Positions 26,191 through 39,196 of a stretch of 64,000 bases of DNA are shown here, piece by piece. The stretch's first letter is position 1; every line of letters begins with the position of its first letter. The stretch is from Anolis carolinensis (Eukaryota). The notes under the pieces were generated by a model, which saw only the letters and a program-made list of their open reading frames with translations, was not told where the DNA came from and did not search any database. The stretch spans positions 140,133,036 through 140,197,035 of the forward strand of contig NC_085842.1 in assembly GCF_035594765.1 (NCBI RefSeq). Direction: 5' to 3'. Both the position numbers and the translations under genes were made by a program.

Positions 26191-26778
26191 CAGACATGGG
26201 CAAACTTTGGCCCTCTGGGTGTTTTGGACTTCAACTCCCACAATTCATAACAGTCAGTAGGGGAATTCCAGACAAACAATCAGGGCCAGTTAACACCTCC
26301 CAACAAAGGATTCCCCCGGGCAGGAAACAGCTAGGCTTTGAAGCTGCCAGGCTATTCAATGTTAATCAAGCTGGCCAATTGAAACATTCACACTTGCCTC
26401 AGGCAGACAAGAGTTCTTTCTGCCACCCTGGACCTTCCACAGATATAACCCCCACTGGCCTAGTTTACAACACCTCACAACCTCTGAGCCTGCCATAGAT
26501 GTGGGTGAAATTTATTAATTTATTATTTATTTACATCACTTTTACCCTGCCTTTCTCCCCGATGGGACTCAAAGCGGCTTATAATAAATAGGCAAAAATT
26601 CAATGCCTAAAAACAATGTAAAACAATTCATATAAAAAAATCTACAAAATGTCTTGAGAGAATGCTTCTGGAACATGGCCATACCACGCGGAAAACCCAC
26701 AGCAACCCAGCCAGTAGGCTGTTAGGAATTGTGGGAGCTGAAGTCCACCCAGAGGTCAGAAGTTTGCCCATGCTTGCT
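26191..26778. mobile_element. hAT MITE split by a Penelope-like repeat, itself split by an L2/CR1 tail
   Basis: MITE arms at about 26191-26255 and 26711-26778; Penelope-like body at about 26256-26510 and 26645-26710. Confidence 0.75.
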
Positions 26779-26866
26779 GTAACCTCCTGCCATGTCACAG
26801 ATCTTGATGTTCTCACTATTTGAGTCGTTCACCATTTTCTATCAGGCAGCATGCCATTTTACTACA

Positions 26867-27407
26867 TCTATATATATAAAAGAGTGATGGCATCAGGGCA
26901 GCGGACAAAACAACAAAACTACAGGCCCCCCAACCTCAAAATTTGACAACACAACCCATCATTCACGGCTCTAGGTTGATACAACAACAAAAAAAAGAAA
27001 AATAAAGTCCTAATTACAGCAATGTTTTGGATAATGTTTTTATCCAATTGCTGCCAGTTAGAAGGCTAAGCTCCGCCCACTTGGTCTCCTAGCAAACCTA
27101 CTCAGCCCAGGGGACAGGCACAATTAGGCCTCACTTAGGCTTCTTCCACAGATTATCTAATTTGCACTGGATTATATGGCAGTGTAGACTCAAGGCCCTT
27201 CCACATCTATATAACCCATTTAGAATCTTATATTATCTGCTTTGAACTGGATTATCTTGACTCCACACTGCCATATAATCCACTTCAGTGTGCATACTAA
27301 ACATAAAGACAACCATACAACAGACATTCAATACCACCACTACCTCAACAATTTCTCACCAACACCACCAGACAACGCCACAGCAACGCGTGGCCGGGCA
27401 CAGCTAG
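26867..27407 (+). mobile_element. Non-autonomous Helitron
   Basis: A|TC start, CTAG|T end, subterminal hairpin GCCACAGCAACGCGTGGC, no target duplication. Confidence 0.88.
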
Positions 27408-27867
27408 TCACTGTATATAATGGGACTTGCACACCCATGAATTTTGGTATCCACTGACAGTGTGTGTCTGGAACCAAATCCCTGTATATACTAAGGACTC
27501 GGTGACTATGTGTTTATAAGGGAGACAATACAGATGGCTTTCATCTGAGTAGATATCTGAAAGACTGTGTTGCATACTGTCTTCCCAGCAAAGTTAACAA
27601 AAAATGTTTTTCTATTTAGAAAACCAATGAGAACACGCACTATAGTGCCTATATTTCAAATAGCTATATACGCCTCAAAGTCACAGAGTGTGTAGTTATA
27701 TAAAAGAGTTTAGTCCACCACTGTGAAAGTATGAAGTTTGGAACAATTTCTCAGTGTTTGTAGTGCTACTTGAAGTAAGAATTGTGAAAATTTAGAAGTT
27801 CAATGTGGTTTCCCCTTAAACCAGATGAATGTTTGTGGGCCTGCAGCTTGAATCTTTGTTTCAAGTA

Positions 27868-28209
27868 CAGTGTTCCCTCACTACTTTGTGGTTCACTTTT
27901 TGCAGATTTGCTGTTTCACGGTTTTTCAATAAACTCTAAAAGACTATTATAAATCATTAAAATTACAACTCACAGCCTAAGTAAGGGAGGAAGGAGAAGC
28001 CGAAGAGAGAGAAAAGGAGCCCAAGCAGCAACGGGAGGAGGAGGAGACAATTTATCAACATACAATTGGTTGATAAAGACTTAAAATAGTGTATAACTAC
28101 TAAAATAATGTATAAATATTAAAATAAATATAGTGTCCCTACTTCGTGGATTTTCACTTATTGCAGGTGGTCCTGGAACCTAACCCCTGCGATAAGTGAG
28201 GGAACACTG
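27868..28209. mobile_element. Tigger/pogo-like MITE, family B
   Basis: TIR CAGTGTTCCCTCACT; TA flanks. Confidence 0.85.
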
Positions 28210-28284
28210 TATTATATTTTCTTCAGAATTTAAGACATAAGTGAAGATGTATCTCTTCTGGCAGGCCTACCCAGATAGTTTTAG

Positions 28285-29671
28285 TGTGAATGAGCCTTCT
28301 GGGGTCAACGATACTACTGATAGTAGCAAGAAGAGAAGAAAGACTCATTTGAGGAGTTACAAAGAAAGAGGCTTAGAGAGATATTTGAGGAATCAACAGA
28401 TGAGGATGGGCTTGAAATGGATGTTGGGGATGTGGTACGGGCATAAGAAGATGGTATGGAATGGACACGCGCTCCAGAGGGTTGTGATGGGAAGACTGGG
28501 CTCACTGGTAATGGGAATGCTGAGGAAACATGGGATCCTTCAGGATCAGACCCAAGGTGGTCTAATTGGAGGAGTGGGGATAGTTCCACAGCTGCGGGTA
28601 GGTCTGGGCGTCGGCAGGACAGTTCCAGCTCGGATGAGGAATGGGAGCAACCTGTGGGAAGGGCTGTGCCCGGCTCGAGTTCTGAAGACGAGTTGTAAAT
28701 AAATTGAGGGCATTTGGCCATTGGGCCCTTAAGTGTGGCAAGGTGGTTGTTGGGCGCCATTGGGTTTTGTGTTCGTGTTCCTGAAGACTGGCTTGGGACT
28801 GTGCAACCAACGTAAGTTTATTCTGGGTTACTTCTACGACGGGAGCTGGAACTGTGTGGGTTTTCCTTAGACTGCATTGTGATTACTGTCTGCATTAGTT
28901 CGCCTCCGTCGTTTTGGCTACTTGTGTCAATCCATTGACGAGGACTTTGCTGTGACGACTTCTCATCTTGGACCTTGGACTGGACATCGTTTTGGCATTA
29001 CTCTTTGCTCCCTATTCCGGTTTGGCTTCATTCTCAACTACTCTCCGTTATCGACTGCTGGCTTAGTTCCTGACCCTGAAGTAACGCTCCGCTCCCAATT
29101 CCAGTTTGGCTCCTGGTTCTGCAGTTACGCTCCGTTACCGACCGCTGGCTTCGTTCCTGACTCTGCAATTACTCTTCACTCCCAATTCCGGTTTGACTCC
29201 TGGTTCTGCAATTACGCTTCGTTACTGACCACTGGCTTGGCTTCTGACACTGCAGTAACTCTTTGCCCTTCGTTACTTTGTTCCGGCACCGGTTTGTTTG
29301 CACTGCCTCCGGCGGCAAAGTTTGGCCTAGTTTGGGACATTGTTTGTTTTGAGCCTTAAAACTCAATTTGTAGCCCAGTTGGGATTCTGCTTATTTTGGA
29401 CTCTTCGGAATTCGGCCTGTAGTTTGTTTTGCCTTCTTCAAGTTATCCGGCAATTTTGAGCTGAATCTAAGTAGTTTTGTTTTAATCTGGATTATATCTC
29501 TGGATAATCCGGATTATACTCCAGTTTGGTTTTTTGGAGTTTTTTCAGTTCAAATGTCTTTTTTGCACTGAAGTTTAAATGTTGCAAGCTCCTGTGTTTG
29601 TTTTATGAGCTTTTTTGAGTTGTTTATACAATAAACTATTTCCATCCATTGGCTGGCGTCTGACCTTGACA
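28285..29671 (+). mobile_element. Solo LTR (probably Gypsy-type), about 1.39 kb, in ADPRM intron 1
   Basis: TGT...ACA termini; near-matching 5-bp flanks TTTAG/TTTAA; AATAAA about 40 bp before the 3' end; interrupts an older LINE tail. Confidence 0.75.
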
Positions 29672-30053
29672 TTTAATTATTAATTTTAAACTTCCACTTT
29701 AGGTCTAATTTTTGTTTTGTATATTTTAATATGTATTTTATGGAAATATGTTTTAATATATTCTATGGAGTGTTTTTAAATGATTATGTGTTTTGATTAT
29801 GTTTTAGAAATGTTATAACACACCTCAAGCCATGAGGAGAGGTGAGTAAGAAATAATAATAGTAATAATATTCTTATTATTCTGTTGACCTAAGAGCAGT
29901 ATAGCTTGCCCAAAGCCATATTAGTTATGCTTTATACACTTACAGAATATCTGATATATCACTAAGTATGGCTTACCCTTATATACTTCTCATAAGGTTT
30001 GAAACAAAGCTTTTTCCCTTTTTGTGTTAGATTTTGGCAGTGTGTCAACACCA

Positions 30054-30636
30054 ATGGATGAAGCTCTCTTCTCCTTTGGAGTCATAGCAGACATTCAGTA
30101 TGCTGATCTAGAGGATGGCTATGATTTCCTAGGAATCCAGAAGAGATACTATAGGCATAGCCTGTGTCATCTCCAGAAGGCAGTAGAAGAGTGGAATGGA
30201 AGAGAGGTCCAGTTTGCACTGCAGCTTGGGGACGTCATTGATGGCTTCAATGCCCAACACAAGATGTCAGAGAGAGCACTGGAAATAGTCCTGAAGGAAT
30301 TTCAGAAGCTCAAGGCCCCAGTGCACCACATATGGGGCAACCATGAACTGTACAACTTCAGCAGAGATTATCTGGTTCAATCAGCACTGAACACCAAGTA
30401 TTTAGAAGACAAAACTTTACCTAACCATTTTGTCACTCATCAAAGCCCCACTGAAGACGCTGCTTCAGAATTCTGCTATGCTTATCAGTTCTGCCCAATG
30501 TCTAAATTTCGATTTATCCTTCTTGATGCCTATGATTTAAGTACTTTGGGGAGGGGCACATCCAGCAAAAAATATCAAGAGTCTCTCCATCTACTGCGAC
30601 AGAAAAATAAAAATGAGAATCTGAATAGCCCACTAG
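30054..30636 (+). CDS. ADPRM: ADPRM (Mn-dependent ADP-ribose/CDP-alcohol diphosphatase) first coding exon
   Basis: Acceptor TTAG at 30030; ATG 30054; metallophosphoesterase motifs [25 protein letters not shown]; ends LNSPL G|GTAAAG. Confidence 0.96.
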
Positions 30637-31553
30637 GTAAAGTATTGTGTTGATCAGAGGTCACAAGTATCCTCTTTGGCTCACTTTAACCCTTCCTGGA
30701 TTTAGACAAATGGTTTGCTAAGACAGAATGGTGGTTTTATGTTACTTATTACTATATTTACAGCGGGCTTTCAGGATACCAGGATTCTTCCAAGGCAGCT
30801 TACAAATAACATTTACATTAAGAAAGCACAAGATTCAATTTTATATGTGTGACATCAGTCATAAAAATTGCTCCTAAAGGCCAGTTTTTGGCAACAGCTG
30901 CAAGGAGTGGCCCATCCTGAGTCAGTGGTCTGTTTTGCTTTCCTTCCTTAAAAGGACAGCAGATAAAAAAAGGCCCAGGGCATGTTGGTGAAAAATCAGA
31001 GTAGCTGGATTCTGGATCTGATTGTAAAAGTCATGAGGACCCAAAAAGATTTGTGCTTCTGTCCCATGATGACATTGGCAAGCTTTAAGTGTCTGGCATG
31101 CAGAGGCAGTCCTCTGCCACCTGCTGTGAAACTGAATTGTTTCTGTACAGAAATGTTGCTGGAGGTAGCTGGCAACAGAGATGGCAAGAGCATTATAGGC
31201 ACCTTGGCAGAGCACAGTATTGGAATGATAGTATTACCAAAGCCATGTATCCCTGCATAAGGAGGCATCAGCATGACTCTGTCACCATGTCTGTTTTCTT
31301 TCCACCAAAGGCATCCTGGTAGTTTTTGCTATTTTAAAAGCACTTAATGCCCGAGCTTGTGGTCTAGATGCAGTGCTGAAATGTTCTATTTTTATCTTTA
31401 AAGAGTTGGGCTGGTCCTTGTTGGATTTAAATTATTATTTTATTTTAAAGCCACACATCTCCATAAGCAGTGAAGACAGAGCTAAAATTCCTAAAAATAC
31501 ACAGCTGAAAGTAAAGCATAAATAGCTTGCTAGTTTTTTTTTCTCCATTACAG

Positions 31554-31670
31554 ACCTTGATGATTGTCAGTTTGTACAATTTAACGGAGGATTCAGTCAA
31601 GACCAGCTGCATTGGCTTGATGAAATTCTTACATATGCTGATGAAAATCAAGAAAGAGTTGTGATCATGG
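31554..31670 (+). CDS. ADPRM: ADPRM second coding exon
   Basis: [39 protein letters not shown]; 117 nt; CAG acceptor, GTAAGT donor. Confidence 0.96.
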
Positions 31671-33099
31671 GTAAGTTTTAGTAATTCTCATTGTTACAAT
31701 TTATGTTTTAAATGTTTGTGTCTGTTGCACATTGCCTCTGGCCTTATTACTGAGAAGCTTAAATATTTTTTTGAAATAAAACCTCAAGCTCTACAGTGCG
31801 TTTGATCCATTTTCCCAAAGGAGAAAAAAGATAGGATAATAGAAAAAGACCAGTGACTTGCATCTCCTCAAAGCTGTCTAAATGTCTACAAAAATTAACA
31901 CTTAATGTTGTGCGGATACACTAGTGTAATCATTTTGTAGCAAACCACCTCTGATTTTTTGCCTATGAAAATTCTATGAAATGCATGCATCAGTGTAAGC
32001 CAACAGGTGACATGAAGGCACTTGTACACCCAATACAGCATTGCAGTTTGATAGTCTCTGGTAAGACATGCCAGCAAGCCTCAGCTGGTTTGGCTCTTAG
32101 CTCTACAAGGACAGAGAAAGAAGTTAGCCCTTGAAATGCAGAGTGTAACTAGGTGTATCTACAGCAGTGGTTCCCAACTTTTGGTCCTCCAGGTGTTTTG
32201 GACTTCAGCTTCCAAAATTCCTAACAGCTGGTAAGCTGGCTGGGATTTCTGGGAGTTGAAGTCTAAAGCAACTGGAGAACCACAGGTTGGGAACCAATAC
32301 AGTATTGATTTAATACAACTTGACCCTGCTTTAACTGCCATCTCTAAATGCTATGGAATTCTGAAAATTGTAGTTTGCACTCTTTGGCAGAGAAGGCTAG
32401 AGACCTTGCCAAACTACAACTGCGTAGCATTGAACCATGGCAGCTAAAGTGGTGTCAAACTCCATTAATTCTACGATAGAGTCCGTCCCTGCCCAATTCT
32501 CCTTCATCCTTGCCCCACCAGCACTAGAGCTCTGTTATTAGTACTGGCTAAAAAATTTTTTAAACATATTACGAAGCATGTAACTTAATATGGATTAAAG
32601 ATTGGCTACAAATCAAAATTAGGAAAATCCTTACTGTTGAGGGCTTTGACCTACACATAGGCTGGCACTCATATGTTTGGTATGTGATAAAATAAAAACG
32701 GAGAAAAATTTTGTAATCATTTTGTCAGGTCGGCCCTCATAAAAACATGGAATAAATATAAGAATAGATTATATAACAAAACCCCGAGCTGGATATCCCC
32801 ACTAGAGGTAACACAAAGGAGACTATTGGGGTGGACACGTTGGCCCAAATATGAAGAATTAATAAAGAAACAAGGGTCGGAATATATATTAAAATCACAA
32901 CAGGAAATAAAGGATAAATTCAGAAATATTTCATGGCTACAATATGGCCAACTTAAAGATCGGTTTAAGAAAGACAAGAATGTGGGCTTTATGGATACAA
33001 ATAATTTGTGGGATAAAGTGTTATTCACGGAAGGTAGGGTAATAGCAAAGATCTATAAGATTTTATTAGAGTGAACACTGAAACTGAATTAGTAAAAAA

Positions 33100-33670
33100 C
33101 TAGCTTTGCCCGGCCACGCGTTGCTGTGGCTTATGCTTTCAGAGTGTTGCTCTTTATTTACTGTCCTGATTTTAGATATTATATTGTTCTGTATTATTAT
33201 ATCACAGTAATCATTACATATTATATTTATAATCTTATATTATCTGCTTAGAACTGGATTATATGAGGCCCGATCTTCACAGTTGTATAAAATGCACATT
33301 GAAGTAGATTATATGGTAGTATGGAGTCAAGACAATCCAAAGCAGATAATATAAGATTATAAATGGGTTATATAGCTGTGTGGAAGGGCCTTGAGTCTAC
33401 ACTGCCATATAATCCAGTGAAAATCAGATAATCTGTGGAAAAGGCCTAAGTGAGGCCTAACTGTGCCTGTCCCCTGGGCTGAGTAGGTTGCTAGTAGACC
33501 AAGTGGGCGGAGCTTAGCCCTGTAACTGGCAGCAATTGGATAAAAACAATTTTTCCTGTCCCTCTAATTAGGACTTTATTTTATCAAATTTTGAGGTTGG
33601 GGGGGGGGGGGCCTGTAGTTTTGTTGTTTTGTCCGCTGCCCTGATGCCATCACTCTTTTATATATATAGA
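33100..33670 (-). mobile_element. Non-autonomous Helitron of the same family, nested in L1 ORF2
   Basis: Reverse complement of 26867-27407 termini; inserted between A and T. Confidence 0.88.
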
Positions 33671-34256
33671 TTGCATGCTTAAATGGTCTAAAGATATAGG
33701 AAGATCAATTCAAATGGATGAATGGGAAGCTTGTTGGGGTAGAAGGCTTAAATTTACATATGCATACCAATTAAAAGAAAATTGGATGAAAGTATTCTAC
33801 AGATGGTACATAACACCTAAAAAATTGGGCATTATTTAAAAAAGCAGGAATTTAAAATGTTGGAAATGTGGTGAAGAGGAAGGCTCCTACCACCACATTT
33901 GGTGGAAGTGTAAAAAGGCAAAAGAATTTTGGTCCCTGATACATGAAAATACTCAGAAAATTATAGATCTCAAATTCATAAATCTTCCGGAAATATATCT
34001 ATTGGGAATTTTAAAAAAATATCAGGGACACAAATGAAGAAAAAGTAATGGCCTATCTTACAACAGCAGCCAGAATTACCTATGCTAGGTACTGGAGACA
34101 AAAAGAAATCCCCACTAAAGAGGAATGGATAATTAAAATAGTAGAAATAAAGAACATGGATAGGCTAACATATTTAACAGCAAAACAGCAGGGAAAACCA
34201 AGAAAGGAAACTGGAAACAAGTAGAGAGATTTTTAATAGAAGAAAAACAAAAAATA

Positions 34257-34579
34257 CAGTAGAGTCTCACTTATCCAACACTCGCTTATCCAACGTTCTG
34301 GATTATCCAACGCATTTTTGTAGTCAGTGTTTTCAATATATCATGATATTTTGGTGCTAAATTCGTAAATACAGTAATTACAACATAACCTTATTGCGTA
34401 TTGAACTACTTTTTCTATCAAATTTGTTGTATAACATGATATTTTGGTGCTTAATTTGTAAAATCATAACCTAATTTGGTGTTTAATAGGCTTCTCCTTA
34501 ATCTCTCCTTATTATCCAACATATTCGCTTATCCAACGTTCTGCCGGCCCATTTATGTTGGATAAGTGAGACTCTACTG
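34257..34579. mobile_element. Tc1/mariner-type MITE, family A, nested in an L1
   Basis: Same TIRs and body; TA flanks. Confidence 0.9.
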
Positions 34580-34877
34580 TAGTAAGAATAAAAGAGAACA
34601 ATTAAGAAGGAAGATACCAGTACTCTCACCCAGTAATAAGAAGGCAGAAATGCAAATTATACTTGAAGAAATGAATGAAGACAAAAAGAGGATTTTGAAT
34701 ACAGGATATCTTCTCCCCTCTCCGGAAGAGAAGTGGAAATCTGACTTTTTTTTTTAACTCCCCCCCCTCCCCCATAATCCCGTCTATTCCTCCATTTCCT
34801 TCATACTTCCCCTTAATCCTTCCCCCCTTCTACCCATCCTTTCCTACACCCTACCTTGACTACCCCTCTTCCAACCC

Positions 34878-34888
<11 letters not shown>

Positions 34889-34927
<39 letters not shown>
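34889..34927. repeat. (TG)n microsatellite
   Basis: Direct observation. Confidence 0.95.
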
Positions 34928-34931
<4 letters not shown>

Positions 34932-36047
34932 AAAATAATTATTAAAAAAAGTACTGGCTAAAAATAACACTTTTGAGCCCTCCAAATTTGCAGACCTATA
35001 AATTCCAGCATTCCTCATCACTGGCTATGCTGATGGGTGCTGCAATCAGTGGAAGGCTTGGGTGATTGGGATTCCCCAGCATTTTCCTGCCCAAATCAAC
35101 AGCAAATCTCTGCCAGGCCTTGAAAGAGGGAGACAGCTGCTGGTGGAGGGTAGGAAGGATCTGGAGAAACACTTCTTCCCTGCATCCTACCCTGTAGTGT
35201 GACTCTGATTGGACACCAGAAATGTGAGTTCTTCCATTGTCACTTTTCTCCTTCAGCAGTAGAACTGCTCTGCCTAGATAGTGCAGGTTTATGGACAAAA
35301 ACCTTTCACTTTCTATTAATACACATAGAAAAGAACAAGTAATAATATAGACACTCTAGGGTTAAAATATTAAGACTTTAAATCAATTCCCTAAGGATCT
35401 ATAACGCAAATGTTTACTAAAGGTATTTCAGTACCTTTACAACTTCCCTGACAAAGAAAGGCTGGGGAACCTTTAGCTCCATACATTTCGGATTGCAGTT
35501 CCAGGTCTCTTACCACTAGTTTGCTAGGTGGAGTTTTTGGAATTGAAAAGTACAAAACAATAGGGTGTCAAATGTTCTGCATCAATATGCAAAAGTAGTC
35601 TGATTTTTTAATTCCCATTACAAATCAGAAAAGTATGTGAAGGATCTAAAATCTGAATCAAATACTTTTCATGCAACATTTCAGCTCATATTCACTTTGT
35701 TTCAACTAGGTCCAATTTGTCAAAAAAATTAAAGGATGAGCCAAGTGTAGCCTCACAGATGTTGCTGGACTACAACTCTTAGGATTCCTTACTATTAGTA
35801 TGCAACTAGGGATTATGGTGATTGCAGTTTAGTAACATCTGACCACATTTCCCCTGTCTTACTCTCTATCAGTATAGTGAAAACACATACTCAGCCCCAG
35901 AAAACCTGGTGATAGTATTGGAATAAGTTGGAAACAACCTGAAGGCACAAAATCATTTTTCTGCCAAATTCTGCAGAACTTTATGCAACTGTAGAATGCA
36001 CAAGATGGTGTAATATCTGAATCCTTATGTTCTTTTTTCCCTCCCAG

Positions 36048-36361
36048 GGCATATCCCTATTCACCCACATGCTACAAACATAGTCTGCCTTGCTTGGAAC
36101 TATGAAGAGGCCCTTTCCATCATTCACTCGCATAACTCTGTGGTATGTTTTCTTGCTGGCCACCTACACTATGATGCTTACTATTTAGACTCTCATGGAG
36201 TTCATCATCTTACGCTTGAAGGGATCATAGCAACTCCTCCAGAGAGCAATGCTTTTGGAACTATATATGTCTATCATGACAGAATGGTATTAAAAGGTAA
36301 TGGAAGCATGCCAGATAGAGAGATGCTTTACAAAAGTAATCATTGCAACTCTGTGTTTTGA
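36048..36361 (+). CDS. ADPRM: ADPRM last coding exon
   Basis: GHIPIHPHATNIVCLAWNYEEAL...FLAGHLH...LEGIIATPPESNAFGTIYVY...*; joined CDS is 1014 nt. Confidence 0.96.
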
Positions 36362-38040
36362 AGTCTAGGATTCTTTTATTTTTCTGTAATAGGAATGATT
36401 TTACTGCTGCTTTTACTTGAAAACATTTTTAAATATTCATTTCTAAAATATTTTGATATTAATATCAAAATTTGCTTGATATAAGGCATACATCTGCTTG
36501 ATATAAGGCATATTGATCTTTAAATAAATACCACTAGTTTCTAGTACAACTTAATGTCCTGCTTACGTTCCTAAAGCTCATTGCAATTTGTGTTCTAGCT
36601 GTACATTCAACTTCAAATCTTGACAATCAAACTAAATGTCAACACCGTTTGATGACATGACACTTGGGGAATTAATCAAATACATTTACACCAGAAAACC
36701 AGAAATGAAAATAAAATCGACATCCTCTAACAAGAATGTGAATAATTATGTATTTATCCAAGTGTGATAATTTTACTTTTAAGAATAAGTCTAAAATGTG
36801 ATTCATACCAGTCATACTTCCATTCCATTAGAAACTTGCAGCTGGGAAACTGGCTGGCTAGTTCAGGCAGTATGTTTATATTCTCTCCCCATCCCCCAAG
36901 CTTCTATACATTTGTTGCCGTTTTCATATTGTAACATCCCTGGAACCCGGAGTTATATTTGTCAGTATGAAGTTTCCAAATTTCAACCATACCAAAACAT
37001 GAGAATTAGAAAATATTAACTACTTAAATATAGAAATCAGAAAACCTGTAATTCGGGGGACTTACTAACTGATCTTGCAAAGTGTATAGCAGATTAGCAT
37101 GGATTTCTATTTTGCCTCTCCTTCCCAATTAATGCTAGGGGGTGAATCAAAGAGTAGCACAAGGAACCAGAAGTGTCTAAACTCAGTTTTGATTTTTTTA
37201 AAATCAATTCCTGGGCTGAGAATGTGATCAGAGACACTCTAATCCTCGATTCTTTTTATTTCTGTCCTCTACCCTCCCATTATTTTGTGTTGCTTCTAGC
37301 TGATAGATGTCTGGGTTCTAACAAAAAAAGGTAAATTCTGCCAAGTGTGAGCTCTGCCCACCTTGGTCTTACAAGGCTCATTCCATTAAAATAAGACATG
37401 TGTGTCCAATGAGGGGGTGAACATTTCTTAACTGAGAAGAACAACATTGAAAAGCGGAATAAGCACTATATCAAAATATCTCTGGAGTGCATTGGTTCAG
37501 ATGCTCATTTATTAGTAGGTAAAGTTTCAACTTGACTTTCTCTAAAATCCTAAGAACTGGGTTTTTTTAAAAACACCAGCACACTGCAATGTAGACAAAC
37601 ACACAGGGGAGTATAGCTCCTGGGTTGAAGAGAATTTATACCAACAGACTACTCAGAGACATATTTACAAATTACCAGTAGTTTTATATACATTCTGTAA
37701 ACAAGGTGGTTGTGATAGTTGTGACTGTTCCTTTAAGGCTTTTGTCCATGCTTAGGTTGATTGGCTTTATCAGGAGATTCAAGCCAGCTCTGGCCGTATG
37801 GTATTCCCTCAGCACTCCAGTTTTCACTCAGTCCAGCCCCTCGCACATTATCAAGGGGATGTGGGTAACACGACCCTGATTCGTATCATTTTAACACAGT
37901 AATTTTATTTCCTGGAATTTTTCTGTCCCCAAATTTCTGGACTCTGATATCATTAACTGGTCACAGTGGTGGTTCCTACTGATTTGGGATCACCGAGGAA
38001 GAAACTCTAGAGAAATTGATAATGGCTCTCATCCACAATG

Positions 38041-38199
<159 letters not shown>

Positions 38200-38571
38200 T
38201 TACTGGAAATCAGATTCTGTTAAGGTGCATGAACTCTAAATCTGAATTTGTTTAAATTACATTTTTTACATTGTCTAGATATAATTCAAAAGCAAAATTA
38301 AGGGTAGTGAAAAAGTATGTTGCAGAAAGTAGTAATTTGTGCAAGACTTAACCTCCAAAAACATGTTATCATTCTATCAAAATTGTGAAATGTCCTATTT
38401 AGCTAAAGTGGAGCTGGCTATTCAACCACTACATGAGAACTCAAATGTGAGTAAATAAGGAATTCACACATATGTTCATCCCTCTTTATCAAAGGATTCT
38501 GCATCCATGCATTCAAACATCCATGGATTGACAATATTCCCTCTCCCTCAAAGCAAACCTTGATTATTGCC

Positions 38572-38623
<52 letters not shown>

Positions 38624-38645
38624 TAATAATGATAATAATGATAAT
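38572..38645. repeat. (AAT)n microsatellite
   Basis: Direct observation. Confidence 0.95.
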
Positions 38646-39136
38646 TTTATTTATGTATTTGTTACCTGCCCCTCTCTCTGGCTCAAGGCAAGGTACAACA
38701 AGGTTAAAACAAAGATTAAACAAAACACTATTGAAATACATATAACAAAATACACTAAAAGCATAATTTTATTACACCATTGTATATAATGCGACCTAAG
38801 CATCTTGTATAATTATCACTATAACACATGCATTACCATAACAACCTACAATATCCATCTCATACACTGGCATATAAAATGGAAAGCTGTTACTGGCTCT
38901 TAATTCTGTGCTTCCACATCAGTGATTATGTGTTATATAAAAACTTGTTTCTTCCCTCTACATGCTGGGCAAAAATGTAACTTGCTTTTCTACATTAAAA
39001 ACAGCTATATCAAGCCCTTGATTTATAACAAGATCTCTTAAAACCAGTCATTTTGAGAGAGAAGGCTGCAATACATCTTGCCAGCATAAGCATGTCTCCA
39101 TACATCAAAACTACAGAGCTGAAATAAAGGACTCAC

Positions 39137-39196
39137 TTGGCTGAGCTACGGCAAAGGCTCATCCAGACTGTAATAATCATCAGACCCATTAATTCC
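39137..39196 (-). CDS. TMEM220: TMEM220 exon 5
   Basis: ELMGLMIITVWMSLCRSSAK; 60 nt; GTGAGT donor. Confidence 0.93.

Larger units (their letters stand above)
32555..34949 (+). mobile_element. 5'-truncated L1-clade LINE (ORF2 C-terminus and 3' UTR), pseudogenised
   Basis: 15-bp target duplication AGTACTGGCTAAAAA; remnants KVFYRWYITPKKL and [18 protein letters not shown] zinc knuckle; A-tail. Confidence 0.9.

Noticed and set aside
28241-29366. ORFs of 145-153 aa in ADPRM intron 1
   Set aside because: They lie inside a solo LTR and its tandem repeat; no recognisable gag, pol or env motifs
36473-36512. 18-bp direct repeat in the ADPRM 3' UTR (also a 26-bp tandem at about 44608-44660)
   Set aside because: Ordinary slippage duplications with no sign of function
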